Shown: positions 17,537 through 29,670 of the stretch, piece after piece
Numbering within the stretch: the first letter of the stretch is position 1
Layout: the number at the start of each line of letters is the position of its first letter
Assembly: GCA_022486625.1 (NCBI GenBank)
Contig: JAKVKH010000021.1
Location: 1,008-65,007, forward strand
Origin: Butyrivibrio sp.
GTDB taxonomy: Bacteria; Bacillota; Clostridia; Lachnospirales; Lachnospiraceae
Direction of reading: 5' to 3'
Length of the DNA stretch: 64,000 nucleotides
Program-made: the position numbers and the translations under genes
Notes under the pieces: model-generated
Database searches by the model: none
What the model was told of the DNA's origin: nothing
What the model saw: only the letters and a program-made list of their open reading frames with translations

Positions 17537-19036
17537 TCAGTCAAACAGGACAACCGGAGTTCCGATCTGCACCATCTGATATAATCTCCTGATCTGTTTT
17601 TCCGGACCGTTGATACATCCATGTGAACCTCCGGCTTCATAAATCTCCCCGCCGAATTCATCTCTCCATGAAGCATCATGGATTCCAACTCCCTTATAGA
17701 CTGCCATCCAGTAATGAACAAAAGAGGCATAGCCCTGACCTCTCAGAACTCTGTCTCTTGCTTTTGAATAAATATAGTATACACCCTCCGGTGTACTCCT
17801 GTGTTTTTTAATATTTCCAGTCACGACAGGCATTGTAATTACCAGCCTGCTTTCTTCATAATAGTATAGCCGCTGCTCACCCATATCGATTTCAATGTAG
17901 GTATTCCCGATATCATTACTTCCTGTTGCCCTTGCCTGTTTGCTGAACTCAGGTGTATGTCTCTCCTTTTTATGTGCGATAAGCGCATTTTTGAGATACA
18001 CAAACTCCCCTGGAAGATCAATGGCATTGCCATACGTACCGCCACTGATATTCACCATTCTGCCACTTGTCGCAGAAAAATTTCTTGTCTTCCCAACTGT
18101 ATTATATGGCTCACAGATCTTCTGGAGATCTGCGTACATTGCAGACTCACTGACCAGGAGATTTCCCTCTGCATCTGTCGCAAAACCGTTTTCACTGCGT
18201 GCATCAGATGGAAACCGGATTTCTTTTCCTGCTGCCAGGAACCAACCGCTCCCCGGTTTATTTCCGCTGACTTCCTCTGCCTGTGCCTGCTTCATCTGCT
18301 GTTCGGTCACAATCCATCCGGAAACAACTGATGCCGACACCTCCGTCTGTTCATCTCCAAACACGTAGATCACATCAAAATCCTGCAATTTCTGCAGTTT
18401 ATCCGCAGTTTTCATTATCGACTGCATCAGGTCTGTTTTTTCCAGATTTTTATAACAGTCACTGTCCGTCTGCAGCTGCAGTTCCGTATTCAGAGACATA
18501 AGTGCATTCTGTACTGCTTCTGTAACCTTGCTCTTTACTGGCACATTTTCGGTAGTATCCTGCAATTCGTAACCGTTTTTACCATGAACTATAGTTACAT
18601 CTCTCTTATTATCCTGAAGTGCAAACAGACTCCATCCGGAAATAATTCCATCCAGCTGATCTCTGTCGTACGTCACAACCGGCAGTACCGTATGCTGCCT
18701 GCCAATAAACAGATTCACACCCCAGGCAAACGGATTCTGCTGATCCATATATGTCTGAAGCGTTTGTGTATAATCTGCTCTCAGATTGATTTCTGAAGGA
18801 CTGATCTGATATACACTGCCATCCGCCGCTGTCACCTTAAGACCGTCATAAGTATTTTTTTTCATCAGAAGCACATTTACTTCTGATGCACTTTTTCCGG
18901 TACAATAAATCCCATTAATCCATGTACCATAAGAAAAACCATCAGCATAATATAACGACAGCATCAGATAGCCGGTCAAAAGTACCAGCAGTGCAGTCAA
19001 CATGATCATCCACAGCCATTTGCAGGCAGTTCTCAT
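17537..19036 (-). CDS. L,D-transpeptidase (YkuD family) with N-terminal anchor and PG-binding region
   Basis: YIEIDMGEQRLYYY, TPEGVY, GIHDASWR, GSHGCIN catalytic motif. Confidence 0.92.
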   Translation of the reverse strand: MRTACKWLWMIMLTALLVLLTGYLMLSLYYADGFSYGTWINGIYCTGKSASEVNVLLMKKNTYDGLKVTAADGSVYQISPSEINLRADYTQTLQTYMDQQNPFAWGVNLFIGRQHTVLPVVTYDRDQLDGIISGWSLFALQDNKRDVTIVHGKNGYELQDTTENVPVKSKVTEAVQNALMSLNTELQLQTDSDCYKNLEKTDLMQSIMKTADKLQKLQDFDVIYVFGDEQTEVSASVVSGWIVTEQQMKQAQAEEVSGNKPGSGWFLAAGKEIRFPSDARSENGFATDAEGNLLVSESAMYADLQKICEPYNTVGKTRNFSATSGRMVNISGGTYGNAIDLPGEFVYLKNALIAHKKERHTPEFSKQARATGSNDIGNTYIEIDMGEQRLYYYEESRLVITMPVVTGNIKKHRSTPEGVYYIYSKARDRVLRGQGYASFVHYWMAVYKGVGIHDASWRDEFGGEIYEAGGSHGCINGPEKQIRRLYQMVQIGTPVVLFD

Positions 19037-20721
19037 TTATTTTTTTCCTTCGCAGCAAGATCCTTCGCATCAAAAGCCTCACTGATCGGCGCACCCGCCG
19101 GAACCATCGGAAATACCTTATCATCTGCTTCAATCATGCAGTCGAGTACAACCGGTCCCTTTATGGAAAGTGCCTTTTGAATTGCAGGTCCTACATCTTC
19201 TTTTCTGGTGATTTTTATCGCAGTGCAGCCAAGGCCTTCTGCCACCTTACAATAATCAATCTTATCATCAAAAACAGTCTGTGAATAGCGTTTTCCGTAA
19301 AACAGCGTCTGCCACTGTCTGACCATTCCCAGCACATGATTATCAATAATAATCTCAATCAACGGCAACTGATATCTGCTGGCCGTCGCCAGTTCATTCA
19401 TGTTCATTCGGAAGCACCCATCACCTGCAATATTCACACAGATTTTATCCGGATTGCCGACTTTGGCACCGATACATGCGCCAAGGCCATATCCCATAGT
19501 ACCAAGTCCCCCGGAAGTCAGGAAGGTTCTTGGATTTTTAAACCGGTAATACTGTGCTGCCCACATCTGATGCTGTCCGACATCTGTAGACACGATGGCA
19601 TTACCATCTGTCTGGCGGTCAAGTTCCTCCATAATATAGGGGCAGGTCAGTTTATCCTGCTCATAGTTCAAAGGATATTTATCCTTGAAATCGCTGATTT
19701 CTTTCAACCATTCCTTATGATCAATCGGCTGCAACTGTGCATTGATATCCGTCAGAATCATTTTCAGATCACCGACAACAGATCCGTCCGTATGAATGTT
19801 CTTATTGATCTCTGCAGCATCAATATCAAACTGCAGAACCTTTGCATTCTGTGCAAACGCTTTGGGATTTCCAACCACACGATCTGAAAATCTTGCACCA
19901 AGTGCAATCAGAAGATCGCATTTGCTGACGCCAAAATTGGAAGTCTTCGTCCCATGCATGCCGATCATTCCGGTATAAAGCGGATGATGACCGTCAAATG
20001 CGCCTTTCCCCATCAGGGTATCACAGACAGGTGACTGAATCATCTCCGCAAATGTCTTAAGCTCTGCCGAAGCACCTGAGATAACAGCACCGCCCCCGAC
20101 ATAAATATAAGGCTTTTTTGCAGCCTTAATCATACTGACCGCATTGTCAATTTCTTCCTGTGTGTAATGTTTTTCCGGCTTTGGTTCTGAAATCTGCACC
20201 GGTTCATAATCGCAGCTCTGCGCAGTCACATCCTTGGTAATATCTACCAGAACAGGTCCCGGTCTTCCACTTCTTGCAATAGCAAAAGCCTTACGCAGTG
20301 TATCTGCAAGGATATTGACATTTTTAACAATATAGCCATGTTTGGTGATTGGCATGGTAATACCGGCAATATCCACCTCCTGAAAAGAATCCTTTCCCAA
20401 AAGAGGCAGGTTAACATTACAGGTAATGGCAACGATCGGAACGGAATCCATATATGCAGTTGCAATTCCGGTGACCAGATTTGTGGAGCCGGGACCGCTG
20501 GTTGCCATACAGACACCTACTTTTCCGGTTGATCTTGCATAACCATCCGCAGCATGTGCCGCTCCCTGTTCATGCGAAGTCAGAATATGTCTGAATTCAT
20601 CTGCATGCTTATAGATTTCATCATAAATATTCAGTATGGTGCCTCCCGGATAACCGAAAATGGTATCCACTCCCTGCTCCTTCAGGCATTCCAGTACGAT
20701 CTGTGCTCCAGTTAACTGCAT
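19033..20721 (-). CDS. ilvB: Acetolactate synthase large subunit
   Basis: FGYPGG, HEQGAAHAADGYAR, TSGGLGTMGYG, GDGCF TPP motif. Confidence 0.96.
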   Translation of the reverse strand: MQLTGAQIVLECLKEQGVDTIFGYPGGTILNIYDEIYKHADEFRHILTSHEQGAAHAADGYARSTGKVGVCMATSGPGSTNLVTGIATAYMDSVPIVAITCNVNLPLLGKDSFQEVDIAGITMPITKHGYIVKNVNILADTLRKAFAIARSGRPGPVLVDITKDVTAQSCDYEPVQISEPKPEKHYTQEEIDNAVSMIKAAKKPYIYVGGGAVISGASAELKTFAEMIQSPVCDTLMGKGAFDGHHPLYTGMIGMHGTKTSNFGVSKCDLLIALGARFSDRVVGNPKAFAQNAKVLQFDIDAAEINKNIHTDGSVVGDLKMILTDINAQLQPIDHKEWLKEISDFKDKYPLNYEQDKLTCPYIMEELDRQTDGNAIVSTDVGQHQMWAAQYYRFKNPRTFLTSGGLGTMGYGLGACIGAKVGNPDKICVNIAGDGCFRMNMNELATASRYQLPLIEIIIDNHVLGMVRQWQTLFYGKRYSQTVFDDKIDYCKVAEGLGCTAIKITRKEDVGPAIQKALSIKGPVVLDCMIEADDKVFPMVPAGAPISEAFDAKDLAAKEKNK

Positions 20722-20768
20722 TTCATTCCCCTTCCTCTGTAACTTTTCATATCAGTCTGATCTATGAC

Positions 20769-22436
20769 TTACTTCCTGACTTCCAGAATTGCTCCGCGAT
20801 TACCGCTTGTTACCATCTCCATATATCTGGAAAGATACCCTGTCGTGATCTTCGGCTGCCTTGGCTTCCATGCTGCACGGCGTTTTGCAATTTCTTCGTC
20901 AGAAACCTTCATGTTCAGTGTATTTTTCGGAATATCAATACTGATGATATCTCCCTCCTCCACCAATGCAATCGGCCCACCGACTGCAGCTTCCGGAGAT
21001 ACATGTCCGATGGATGCACCACGGCTTGCACCTGAGAATCTTCCATCTGTAATCAGCGCAACGCTTGAGCCAAGTCCCATCCCCGCGATTGCAGATGTCG
21101 GATTGAGCATTTCACGCATACCCGGACCTCCCTTAGGCCCTTCATAACGAATCACAACCACGTCACCTGCCACGATTTTGCCGCCAAGAATTGCTGCAAT
21201 TGCATCTTCTTCACAGTCAAATACTCTTGCAGGGCCTTCATGTACCATCATTTCAGGTGCTACTGCAGAGCGCTTTACAATGCCGGTATCAGGTGCAAGA
21301 TTCCCCTTCAGAACTGCAATACCGCCATTGGCCATATACGGATTGTCAATAGGTCTGATGACCTCCGAATTCATGTTGACTACATTCTCCAGATTTTCAG
21401 CAATGGTCTTTCCCGTGCAGGTCATAAGATCCGTTTTTAACAGATTCTTTTTGCACAGTTCCTTCATGACCGCATATACACCGCCTGCTTCATTTAAGTC
21501 TTCCATATAGGTCGGACCTGCAGGTGCAAGGTGACAAAGATTAGGTGTATGATCAGAAATTTCATTTGCCATCTCCATATTGATCTCCACGCCTGCTTCA
21601 TGGGCAATTGCCGGCAGATGCAGCATGGTATTCGTAGAACATCCAAGCGCCATATCGACTGTCAGTGCATTCATGAAAGCATCCTTTGTCATGATGTCTC
21701 TCGGACAGATATTGTCCCTGATCAGATTCATGATCTGATAACCTGCCTTTTTCGCCAGACGGATACGTGCGGAGTATACAGCAGGAATCGTACCGTTTCC
21801 GCGAAGTCCCATGCCGATCGCCTCTGTCAGACAGTTCATGGAATTGGCAGTATACATACCGGAACAGGAACCACAGGTCGGACATACCTTTTCTTCATAT
21901 TCTGCCAGTTTCTCTTCTGTCATTGTCCCTGCAGCCACACTTCCAACTGCTTCAAACATGCTGGAAAGACTTCTCTTCCTGCCATCCACATGGCCGGCCA
22001 TCATCGGACCGCCGGATACGAATACCGTCGGAATATTTACTCTTGCCGCAGCCATCAGAAGTCCGGGAACGTTCTTATCACAATTCGGGATCATGACCAT
22101 ACCGTCAAAGGCATGTGCCATTGCAAGACATTCTGTGCTGTCTGCAATCAGGTCTCTTGTCACAAGGGAATATTTCATTCCGACATGTCCCATGGCAATA
22201 CCATCGCATACCGCAATGGCAGGCACAATCACCGGCATGCCACCCGCCTCTGCAACTCCCATCTTCACTGCTTCCGCTATACGATCAAGTTCCATATGTC
22301 CCGGAATAATTTCACTTTGTGAACTGACAATGCCAATCAGAGGTTTTCTTCTTTCCTCCTCTGTAAAACCAAGTGCATTGAACAGACTTCTGTGCGGAGC
22401 CTGCTGGATACCTTTCATGACGCGATCACTGTTCAT
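20769..22436 (-). CDS. ilvD: Dihydroxy-acid dehydratase
   Basis: [39 protein letters not shown]. Confidence 0.97.
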   Translation of the reverse strand: MNSDRVMKGIQQAPHRSLFNALGFTEEERRKPLIGIVSSQSEIIPGHMELDRIAEAVKMGVAEAGGMPVIVPAIAVCDGIAMGHVGMKYSLVTRDLIADSTECLAMAHAFDGMVMIPNCDKNVPGLLMAAARVNIPTVFVSGGPMMAGHVDGRKRSLSSMFEAVGSVAAGTMTEEKLAEYEEKVCPTCGSCSGMYTANSMNCLTEAIGMGLRGNGTIPAVYSARIRLAKKAGYQIMNLIRDNICPRDIMTKDAFMNALTVDMALGCSTNTMLHLPAIAHEAGVEINMEMANEISDHTPNLCHLAPAGPTYMEDLNEAGGVYAVMKELCKKNLLKTDLMTCTGKTIAENLENVVNMNSEVIRPIDNPYMANGGIAVLKGNLAPDTGIVKRSAVAPEMMVHEGPARVFDCEEDAIAAILGGKIVAGDVVVIRYEGPKGGPGMREMLNPTSAIAGMGLGSSVALITDGRFSGASRGASIGHVSPEAAVGGPIALVEEGDIISIDIPKNTLNMKVSDEEIAKRRAAWKPRQPKITTGYLSRYMEMVTSGNRGAILEVRK

Positions 22437-22458
22437 AGCTTTGTCTCCTTTATGGTAT

Positions 22459-24165
22459 TTATTTTACATATAAAATGAAATCATCATTCTCATAAACCAC
22501 ATGCATGGTTCTGATATAGCTCCAGGGAATGGTCTCAAAGGTCTGGTAATACTTCCACAGATCATCTCCCCGATAATTCTTTCTGGTCATATTTCTGTCC
22601 AGAATCACACAATCCGAATCCTCCACCTGCGTATTATCACATTCAATATTCCATCCGAACTTGAGCAGATATTTCTGATCCACATCACATACGCAGATTC
22701 TGGATCTTTGCAACGGATGTGCCATCAAAAGCGCCAGATAGGCATTATCCTCTCTGGTTCCCAGCTGAGCAAAAAAAGCCGGATTAAGAGTCTGCGAAAT
22801 CAGAAATAAGATACCTAAAAATACCGGAATCATCTGATGAAGATAAGGCCATATGCGAAATTTTATTTCTTCTGTCTGTATTTTTTCCGGCAGATTCTTT
22901 TTCTGTCTGCGTTTTTCAAACAGAAAATGAAGCATAAACATCACATGTCTTATAATGACACTGCAGGAAAGTGCTATTGCTATTCCGTAATAGGAAAAGA
23001 CTCTGTAATATGGAAGTTTACTCTGCAAAATCAGCATCATCGGCATAAACAGAATCGTACAGGCAAAAATCAGTCTGAATGAAGTTCTGCTTTCTTCAAA
23101 ATGAAATACGCAGCCGCTGATCATAATAGTCGTTGCCATTATAATAATCACCAATACTGCAATTCCTGCACCAGGCACAAACTGATCGTCAAAGCTCAGT
23201 ATCCAGTTCCAGAAGCTGCCCCAGAATTCCTTTCTGGGTACGCTCTGAATATACGGCGAAGACAGCATGTAGGAAATGCCCCTTTGGATCACGGTAATCG
23301 GTGCATGAAGAATAATGTGGAAATGCCCCATTCCATACATACTGCTGGTTTTGTCCTTCATGAGCAGATTTGAGCCGATTGCCAGCCATATGACCATATA
23401 CAGCATCATTGTACAGACTGCCGCAATCAAACCCGTCACAATAAGATTTATCAGCTGTTGCCAGTATTTGTTTTCAGAAATCGTTCTGCTGATCTTTCTG
23501 ATCCGTAAACCATTGATTGTCAGAAACAGTGCCGTTGCGAAGCAGATCGGAACAACCCAGTAAATGCTGCTGGGAACCGTATAAAGCCCAAGTACCAAAA
23601 GCATTACCAGATAAATATACCTTGAAATGCCAGTATGGCCGATTCTGCTGAGATCTGTAAGTACCTTGACGGACAGTAAAAAGCACAGTGTGGAAAGTGT
23701 ATACCCTCTTCCCTGTACTGACAGCTGATTGACAAGCTGAAGTCCGCTGTAGATCATTACGGTAAAAAGAGACAGCCAGTTGGTAAAATATAACTTGCAG
23801 ACCCGATACAGAATCACCAGATTGGCCACCGCGCAGAGCCACGATACACCACGAAGTCCGATATAGGGATTACCACAGAGGTCCAGTAATGCAGACAGAA
23901 CAGAATATCCGACATGATTATTGGGAAGTGGCCAGTGAATCGCTGCATATAAAGGACCCCTGCTGATAAAATAATAATAGGTATAAAGTTCATCATACCA
24001 GGGTGTCAGATACAGCATTCTCCAGAGATAATATACCGCCATTGCAATAATGAAAAGCGCTGCTGCCATATTTTCCGGATCCTGAATCAGACGCTCCCAC
24101 GCTTTGAATCTGAACGGTTCCTTTTTATTTTCCGATTCTTTCTGAACCATTTTACCTGTTATCAT
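22459..24165 (-). CDS. Polytopic GT-C-fold membrane glycosyltransferase (PMT-like)
   Basis: WYDE motif after TM1, PNNH loop, about a dozen hydrophobic segments, soluble C-terminus. Confidence 0.65.
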   Translation of the reverse strand: MITGKMVQKESENKKEPFRFKAWERLIQDPENMAAALFIIAMAVYYLWRMLYLTPWYDELYTYYYFISRGPLYAAIHWPLPNNHVGYSVLSALLDLCGNPYIGLRGVSWLCAVANLVILYRVCKLYFTNWLSLFTVMIYSGLQLVNQLSVQGRGYTLSTLCFLLSVKVLTDLSRIGHTGISRYIYLVMLLVLGLYTVPSSIYWVVPICFATALFLTINGLRIRKISRTISENKYWQQLINLIVTGLIAAVCTMMLYMVIWLAIGSNLLMKDKTSSMYGMGHFHIILHAPITVIQRGISYMLSSPYIQSVPRKEFWGSFWNWILSFDDQFVPGAGIAVLVIIIMATTIMISGCVFHFEESRTSFRLIFACTILFMPMMLILQSKLPYYRVFSYYGIAIALSCSVIIRHVMFMLHFLFEKRRQKKNLPEKIQTEEIKFRIWPYLHQMIPVFLGILFLISQTLNPAFFAQLGTREDNAYLALLMAHPLQRSRICVCDVDQKYLLKFGWNIECDNTQVEDSDCVILDRNMTRKNYRGDDLWKYYQTFETIPWSYIRTMHVVYENDDFILYVK

Positions 24166-24180
24166 CTTTTCTCCTGATCA

Positions 24181-25275
24181 TCAGAATATCCGCTCTGCGA
24201 TCAGATCTCCCATTTTGCTGCATCTGCAGGATTTATGCTGATCATCCTCAGTTCCCAGCAGATCTGACGTTCTGTAACCGTCTTTCAGAACCTGCCTTAC
24301 TGCATTTTCGATCGCATCCGCTTCTGTATCCAGATTAAAGGAATAGCGCAGCATCATTGCTGCTGAGAGAATCGTTGCAATCGGATTGGCAATATCCATT
24401 CCGGCAATATCCGGTGCAGAACCATGGCTTGGTTCATACAGACCAAAGCTTGTATCATTCAATGAAGCACTTGGCAGCATTCCGATGGAACCTGTGATCA
24501 TACTTGCTTCATCAGAAAGAATATCTCCGAACATGTTCTCTGTCAGAATGACATCGAACTGCGCCGGATCATGCACAAGCTGCATCGCACAGTTATCTAC
24601 CAGCATGTGAGACAGTTCGACTTCCGGATAGTTCTTTGCCACCTCTTCCGTCACACTTCTCCAGAGTCTTGAAGAATCCAGCACATTGGCCTTATCTACA
24701 CTTGTTACCTTTTTACGGCGTTTCATGGCAACATCAAAGGCACGGATGGCAATCCTTCTGATTTCTTCTTCTGTATAAACAAGCGTATCGGTAGCGGTTC
24801 TGACACCATTTACTGTTTCCGTATGGCGCTCTCCGAAATATAATCCGCCCGTAAGCTCCCTCATGATCAGAAGGTCAAAGCCCTTATTCCCCGTAGACTC
24901 CTTAAGCGGGCAGGCATTCTTAAGCTCCGGATAAAGATATGCCGGTCTTAAATTTGCAAAAAGGCCAAGCGCCTTGCGTATCTTTAAAAGTCCTGCTTCC
25001 GGTCTTAAATTCGGCGCCAGTTTATACCACGGTGAAGTAGAGGTATTTCCTCCGATGGATCCCATCAGAACAGCATCTGCCGCTCTTGCCGTTTCAATTG
25101 CCTCATCTGTCAGTGGTACTCCGTATCTGTCAATGGACGCTCCGCCCATCAGAATATCTGTACTGACAATCTCGTGTCCATATACCTCTGCGGTTCTGTT
25201 CAGAACCTTTTTCGCTTCAGTAACAATCTCCGGACCGATTCCATCTCCGGGAATACATGTAATCTTCAGTTTCAT
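24181..25275 (-). CDS. leuB: 3-isopropylmalate dehydrogenase
   Basis: [44 protein letters not shown]. Confidence 0.96.
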   Translation of the reverse strand: MKLKITCIPGDGIGPEIVTEAKKVLNRTAEVYGHEIVSTDILMGGASIDRYGVPLTDEAIETARAADAVLMGSIGGNTSTSPWYKLAPNLRPEAGLLKIRKALGLFANLRPAYLYPELKNACPLKESTGNKGFDLLIMRELTGGLYFGERHTETVNGVRTATDTLVYTEEEIRRIAIRAFDVAMKRRKKVTSVDKANVLDSSRLWRSVTEEVAKNYPEVELSHMLVDNCAMQLVHDPAQFDVILTENMFGDILSDEASMITGSIGMLPSASLNDTSFGLYEPSHGSAPDIAGMDIANPIATILSAAMMLRYSFNLDTEADAIENAVRQVLKDGYRTSDLLGTEDDQHKSCRCSKMGDLIAERIF

Positions 25276-25409
25276 ATCTGCTCCTCCTGCTGTGATGCAC
25301 TTTGATACGTTACAGCATAAAACTTCACTACATATTATATTACTTTATGCAAAAAAACAAGGTGCATAATTAATGTGATGAATGCAGTTTTCCTCCGGAT
25401 ATAACAAAA

Positions 25410-25456
25410 GCCGGGCGACAAATCTGTTCACCCGGCCCAAGCATCCTTTTCAAAAG
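25410..25456 (-). terminator. Terminator after yajC
   Basis: GCCGGG..CCCGGC stem followed by TTTTGTT on the minus strand. Confidence 0.6.
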
Positions 25457-25459
25457 GAA

Positions 25460-25831
25460 TTACTTCGTTTTCTTTTCTTTGTCCTTTTTGCTGTCAGCCT
25501 TGGTCTCAACCGGCTTTACTGCATCCTCAGGCTTTTCAACTTCAACAATTGCCTCTCTTACCATGGGAATACGGCAGTTTCTGTTGTTACCGAATTCAAC
25601 GATTACCATGTCATCATTAATATCAATGACAGTTCCAATGAATCCGCCTGTAGTTCTGACGCTGTCTCCTACTGCAACGGAAGAAAGAAGTGCTGCCTTC
25701 TGTTTCTGTTCTTTTCTCTGCGGACGCATAAAGAAGAAATAAATGAATCCGAAAATTGCAACGATGTAAATTACCCAGAACAGTCCTGAGCTGGTTGCAG
25801 ATGTCGCTGTCGATGTTAAAAGAATACCCAT
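25460..25831 (-). CDS. yajC: Preprotein translocase subunit YajC
   Basis: FFFMRPQRKEQK, GDSVRTTGGFIG; downstream of tgt; start placed after GGAGG. Confidence 0.92.
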   Translation of the reverse strand: MGILLTSTATSATSSGLFWVIYIVAIFGFIYFFFMRPQRKEQKQKAALLSSVAVGDSVRTTGGFIGTVIDINDDMVIVEFGNNRNCRIPMVREAIVEVEKPEDAVKPVETKADSKKDKEKKTK

Positions 25832-25947
25832 TTGTAATGCCTCCAGAATATACGTTGTCTTAATGCATATGCAATCGCACCTGCATTTAATTACTTTTTC
25901 AATGATACACAATAATCCGGATAAAGACAAGAATTATTTATCTGATT

Positions 25948-27126
25948 TCAGCCCTTACGCCAGTTTTTAGCGATATCATAACTGGCTGCTTCTTCCTCTT
26001 CCTGCATTGCGTCCAGCTTCTGTTTCTTATAGGCTGCAAATTCCCCCCGGTCAAGTGCATCGCGAATTTCTGCCATCATCGTATTATAAAAATACAGATT
26101 ATGCATTACGCAAAGTCTCATGCCAAGCATTTCACCGGCCTTAAGCAGATGCCTGATATAACTGCGGGAATATCTACGGCAGACAGGACACTGACACCCC
26201 TCTTCAATCGGCCTTTCATCCAGCTCGTATTTTGCATTCATCAGATTGATCTTTCCTTTACCGGTATACAGATGACCATGCCTTCCGTTTCTGCTCGGAT
26301 ATACGCAATCAAAAAAGTCCACACCGCGCTCTACCGCTTCCAGAATATTCGCAGGCGTACCGACACCCATCAGATAGGTAGGCTTATTCTGAGGAAGATA
26401 CGGTACCACTGTTTCCAACACATGATACATCTGTTCATGCGTTTCTCCGACGGCAAGTCCCCCGACAGCATATCCATCCAGATCCATCTGTGAAATTCTC
26501 TTTGCATGTTCAATCCGGATATCATCAAAAATTGCCCCCTGATTGATTCCAAACAACATCTGACTGGGATTAACTGTTCCCTCAAGTCCGTTCAGCCTTG
26601 TCATTTCTTTCTGGCATCTGTCCAGCCATCTGGTGGTTCTGTCCACAGACTGCTGCACATATTCATGGTCTGCCCTGCTGGATGGACATTCATCAAACGC
26701 CATGGCAATTGTAGAACCGATATGAGACTGAATCCGCATACTTTCTTCCGGTCCCATGAACAGGGGATGTCCGTCAATATGGGAATGAAAATACACACCC
26801 TCTTCACGGATTCTGCGCATCTTTGCCAGAGAAAAGACCTGAAATCCTCCGGAATCAGTAAGAATGGGCTTATTGCATGACATGAACTTATGCAATCCGC
26901 CCATTTTATAAATGACATCATCACCCGGTCTTAAATGTAAATGATAGGTGTTAGAAAGAACGACCTGCGTTCCGATTGCTTCAAGATCTTCTGTTGATAA
27001 TCCGCCTTTGATTGCTGCCACTGTCGCAACATTCATAAACACCGGCGTCTGAATGGTTCCATGTACGGTAACAAATTCACCACGCTTGGCCAGTCCTTCT
27101 GTTTTCAGTAAATGATACATACACAC
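25948..27126 (-). CDS. tgt: tRNA-guanine transglycosylase
   Basis: TPVFM, NTYHLHLRPG, LTDSGGFQVFSL, CQCPVC Zn site. Confidence 0.97.
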   Translation of the reverse strand: MCMYHLLKTEGLAKRGEFVTVHGTIQTPVFMNVATVAAIKGGLSTEDLEAIGTQVVLSNTYHLHLRPGDDVIYKMGGLHKFMSCNKPILTDSGGFQVFSLAKMRRIREEGVYFHSHIDGHPLFMGPEESMRIQSHIGSTIAMAFDECPSSRADHEYVQQSVDRTTRWLDRCQKEMTRLNGLEGTVNPSQMLFGINQGAIFDDIRIEHAKRISQMDLDGYAVGGLAVGETHEQMYHVLETVVPYLPQNKPTYLMGVGTPANILEAVERGVDFFDCVYPSRNGRHGHLYTGKGKINLMNAKYELDERPIEEGCQCPVCRRYSRSYIRHLLKAGEMLGMRLCVMHNLYFYNTMMAEIRDALDRGEFAAYKKQKLDAMQEEEEAASYDIAKNWRKG

Positions 27127-27144
27127 TCCATAATTTTAATCTGA

Positions 27145-28275
27145 TCATTTGTAGATATAATCTGTCCAGAACTCTTCAAGACAGATTTTCTTTTCCGTGA
27201 TTACCTTTGCTGCATCTTTGCCGACATAACGGAAATGCCAGGGTTCATACTCAATTCCGGTAATCGTTTCTTTTCCCTTGGGATACCTGAGAATGAATCC
27301 GTATCTGCAACTGTTCTTTGCAAGCCACTTCCCGGCATCCGTATCTCCGAATCCGGCATCCAGATAGGAATAATCATCCGCAATAATATCAATGGCAAGG
27401 CCGATCTGATGCTCGCTTGAACCCGGAATGGTAACTGCCTGTGCTGCCATCATATAAGCATTCATATATGTCATTCCATCATCCAGATAGGAATTGATCT
27501 TACGTGTAAACAGTTTTTCCTGTCTGACTTCGCTCCTGTACGGGGAACAGATGACCAGATTGATTCCATCATTCTGCGCCTGTCTGAACATATCAAGAAG
27601 GTTACTCAGAATTCTTTTATCACAGTACATATTACCTTTGATATTACTCATGGGGAACTCATAGTCATCCGGAATCGGATGCTGCTTATTCACCAGAATC
27701 AGTTCCCAGTCATCCGCGCTGAAAGTATTCTCTGTGTTCTCTGATGCTTCTGCAACAGAAGAATCCGCTGTTTCCGCACTGCTGCCGGAACCGATGATAT
27801 CCGAAAGATGATACTGATCTTCTTCACTGACTTTACCCTGTTCTTCCTCATCATCATCAATGTCTTCCTGCATTTCATCTGAGCTTAAGGTGCCGGCAAC
27901 ATCAGATACCATATCTGCAAGCTCCGCCTCTGACTTCTGTACTCCGGAAGGCTTATTTGCTCTTGGTGAATTCTCTGATCCTATGGTAACTCCTGATATT
28001 TCTTCTCCTGATTTTCCGGAAACGAAACTGACATCCAGTGGAAGCACCGGATAAGAAAAACTGCTGCTGGTGATAAAGAACAAAACAAGGCATATTATGC
28101 TCACAAGTTTTTTGCGGTTATTATATAAAGTCTTTGCAGACTCATCTGCCGCAACCACAAGTGCCGTCACAAGTACGCCTGGGATGAATAACCCTCTATG
28201 CTTTTTTACAATCCTCCCGATCTGCTTGATGATTCTGTCTCGCAGTCCCGGTTCTGTCTGATGCATTTTATCCAT
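27145..28275 (-). CDS. M15B-family peptidoglycan carboxypeptidase (VanY/LdcB-like), membrane anchored
   Basis: SPYRS, SEHQIGLAID, EPWHFRYVG; acidic Ser-rich linker. Confidence 0.9.
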   Translation of the reverse strand: MDKMHQTEPGLRDRIIKQIGRIVKKHRGLFIPGVLVTALVVAADESAKTLYNNRKKLVSIICLVLFFITSSSFSYPVLPLDVSFVSGKSGEEISGVTIGSENSPRANKPSGVQKSEAELADMVSDVAGTLSSDEMQEDIDDDEEEQGKVSEEDQYHLSDIIGSGSSAETADSSVAEASENTENTFSADDWELILVNKQHPIPDDYEFPMSNIKGNMYCDKRILSNLLDMFRQAQNDGINLVICSPYRSEVRQEKLFTRKINSYLDDGMTYMNAYMMAAQAVTIPGSSEHQIGLAIDIIADDYSYLDAGFGDTDAGKWLAKNSCRYGFILRYPKGKETITGIEYEPWHFRYVGKDAAKVITEKKICLEEFWTDYIYK

Positions 28276-28471
28276 ATGATCGAAAATTCCCCCGCGGATA
28301 TTCGATACAACATAGAATCATTATAGTACAGAATTTAAAAATTTACACTCTTTTTATTATTTTTCTGAACAGGATAAGTTTGTTCCTTTGCTTTTTACAG
28401 ATTATTTTTTATAATGGATAATAAATATAATGAAGGTGCAGTCCGGATACGGTGCTGCAGAAAGGATATCA

Positions 28472-29578
28472 ATGGCCGGATCATCTTATGGCAATCAACT
28501 TGGCATTACTACCTGGGGAGAATCACACGGTCCCGGAATCGGCGTTGTACTGGACGGATTTCCAGCCGGCATGAATCTGTGTGAAGAGGATATTCAGAAA
28601 TATCTTGATCGCCGTAAGCCGGGCCAGTCAGCCGCAACCACTTCCAGAAAGGAAGCTGACCTCGTGGAAATTCTGTCCGGCGTATTCGAAGGCAGAACTA
28701 CCGGAACTCCGATTTCTCTTATGGTAAAAAATACAGCTCAGCATTCTGCTGATTATGAAGACATTGCACACTATTACCGTCCGGGGCATGCCGATTATAC
28801 CTTTGACATGAAATACGGTTTCCGTGATTACCGCGGTGGTGGCAGATCATCCGGTCGTGAGACCATCGGCCGCGTAGCGGCAGGCGCTGTCTGTGCAAAA
28901 CTCCTGTCGGAAATGGGGGTATTGCTGTGTGCCTACACCCGTTCCATTGGTTCTGTCTGCATGGATGAGCAGCATTTTGATGCAGCACAGATTCTGAAAA
29001 GTCCCTCCGGCATGCCGGATGCAGATGCAGATGCCAGGGCTATGGCCTATATTGCCTCCTGCCGTGAGCACCAGGATTCTGTCGGCGGAGTGATTGAATG
29101 TCGTATTGACGGCGTTCCTGCCGGGATCGGTGATCCGGTATTTCGAAAACTGGATGCCATGCTTGCTGATGCAGTCATGGGAATCGGTGCGGTAAAGGCT
29201 GTTGAAATCGGGGACGGATGCCTGGTTTCCGGTCTTCTTGGTTCAGAAGACAATGACTGTTTCTATGCAGAAGACGGTCATATTGCCAAATCCACCAATC
29301 ATGCCGGTGGCATCATGGGCGGTATCAGTGATGGCTCACGAATTCTTCTGCGCTGCCATGTAAAGCCGACACCCTCCATTTCTCAGACGCAGAAAACGGT
29401 AACGCAGTCCGGAGAACCGGTAGATGTCAATATTCACGGACGCCACGATCCTGTTGTAGTCCCGCGCGCTGTTGTTGTTGTTGAGTCCATGTGTGCAATC
29501 ACCATTCTCGATGCCATGATGGCCAACATGACGGCAAAGGCTTCCTATCTGACTGATTTCTACTGTAAAAAAAGATAA
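28472..29578 (+). CDS. aroC: Chorismate synthase
   Basis: [28 protein letters not shown]; start placed after AAAGGA. Confidence 0.97.
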   Translation: MAGSSYGNQLGITTWGESHGPGIGVVLDGFPAGMNLCEEDIQKYLDRRKPGQSAATTSRKEADLVEILSGVFEGRTTGTPISLMVKNTAQHSADYEDIAHYYRPGHADYTFDMKYGFRDYRGGGRSSGRETIGRVAAGAVCAKLLSEMGVLLCAYTRSIGSVCMDEQHFDAAQILKSPSGMPDADADARAMAYIASCREHQDSVGGVIECRIDGVPAGIGDPVFRKLDAMLADAVMGIGAVKAVEIGDGCLVSGLLGSEDNDCFYAEDGHIAKSTNHAGGIMGGISDGSRILLRCHVKPTPSISQTQKTVTQSGEPVDVNIHGRHDPVVVPRAVVVVESMCAITILDAMMANMTAKASYLTDFYCKKR

Positions 29579-29591
29579 AATGGAACGGATA

Positions 29592-29635
29592 AACGGCAGC
29601 AGATTTTCCCTTCTTCTGGGAAACCTGCTGCCGTT
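29592..29635. terminator. Hairpin between convergent aroC and tannase genes
   Basis: AACGGCAGCAG...CTGCTGCCGTT. Confidence 0.65.
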
Positions 29636-29670
29636 ATATTTTACGGAATCTGTATGTCTTACTTATTCAC

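Noticed and set aside
27145-28275. VanY-like gene as a glycopeptide resistance marker
   Set aside because: No vanHAX, vanRS or mobile context; it looks like a housekeeping M15B carboxypeptidase
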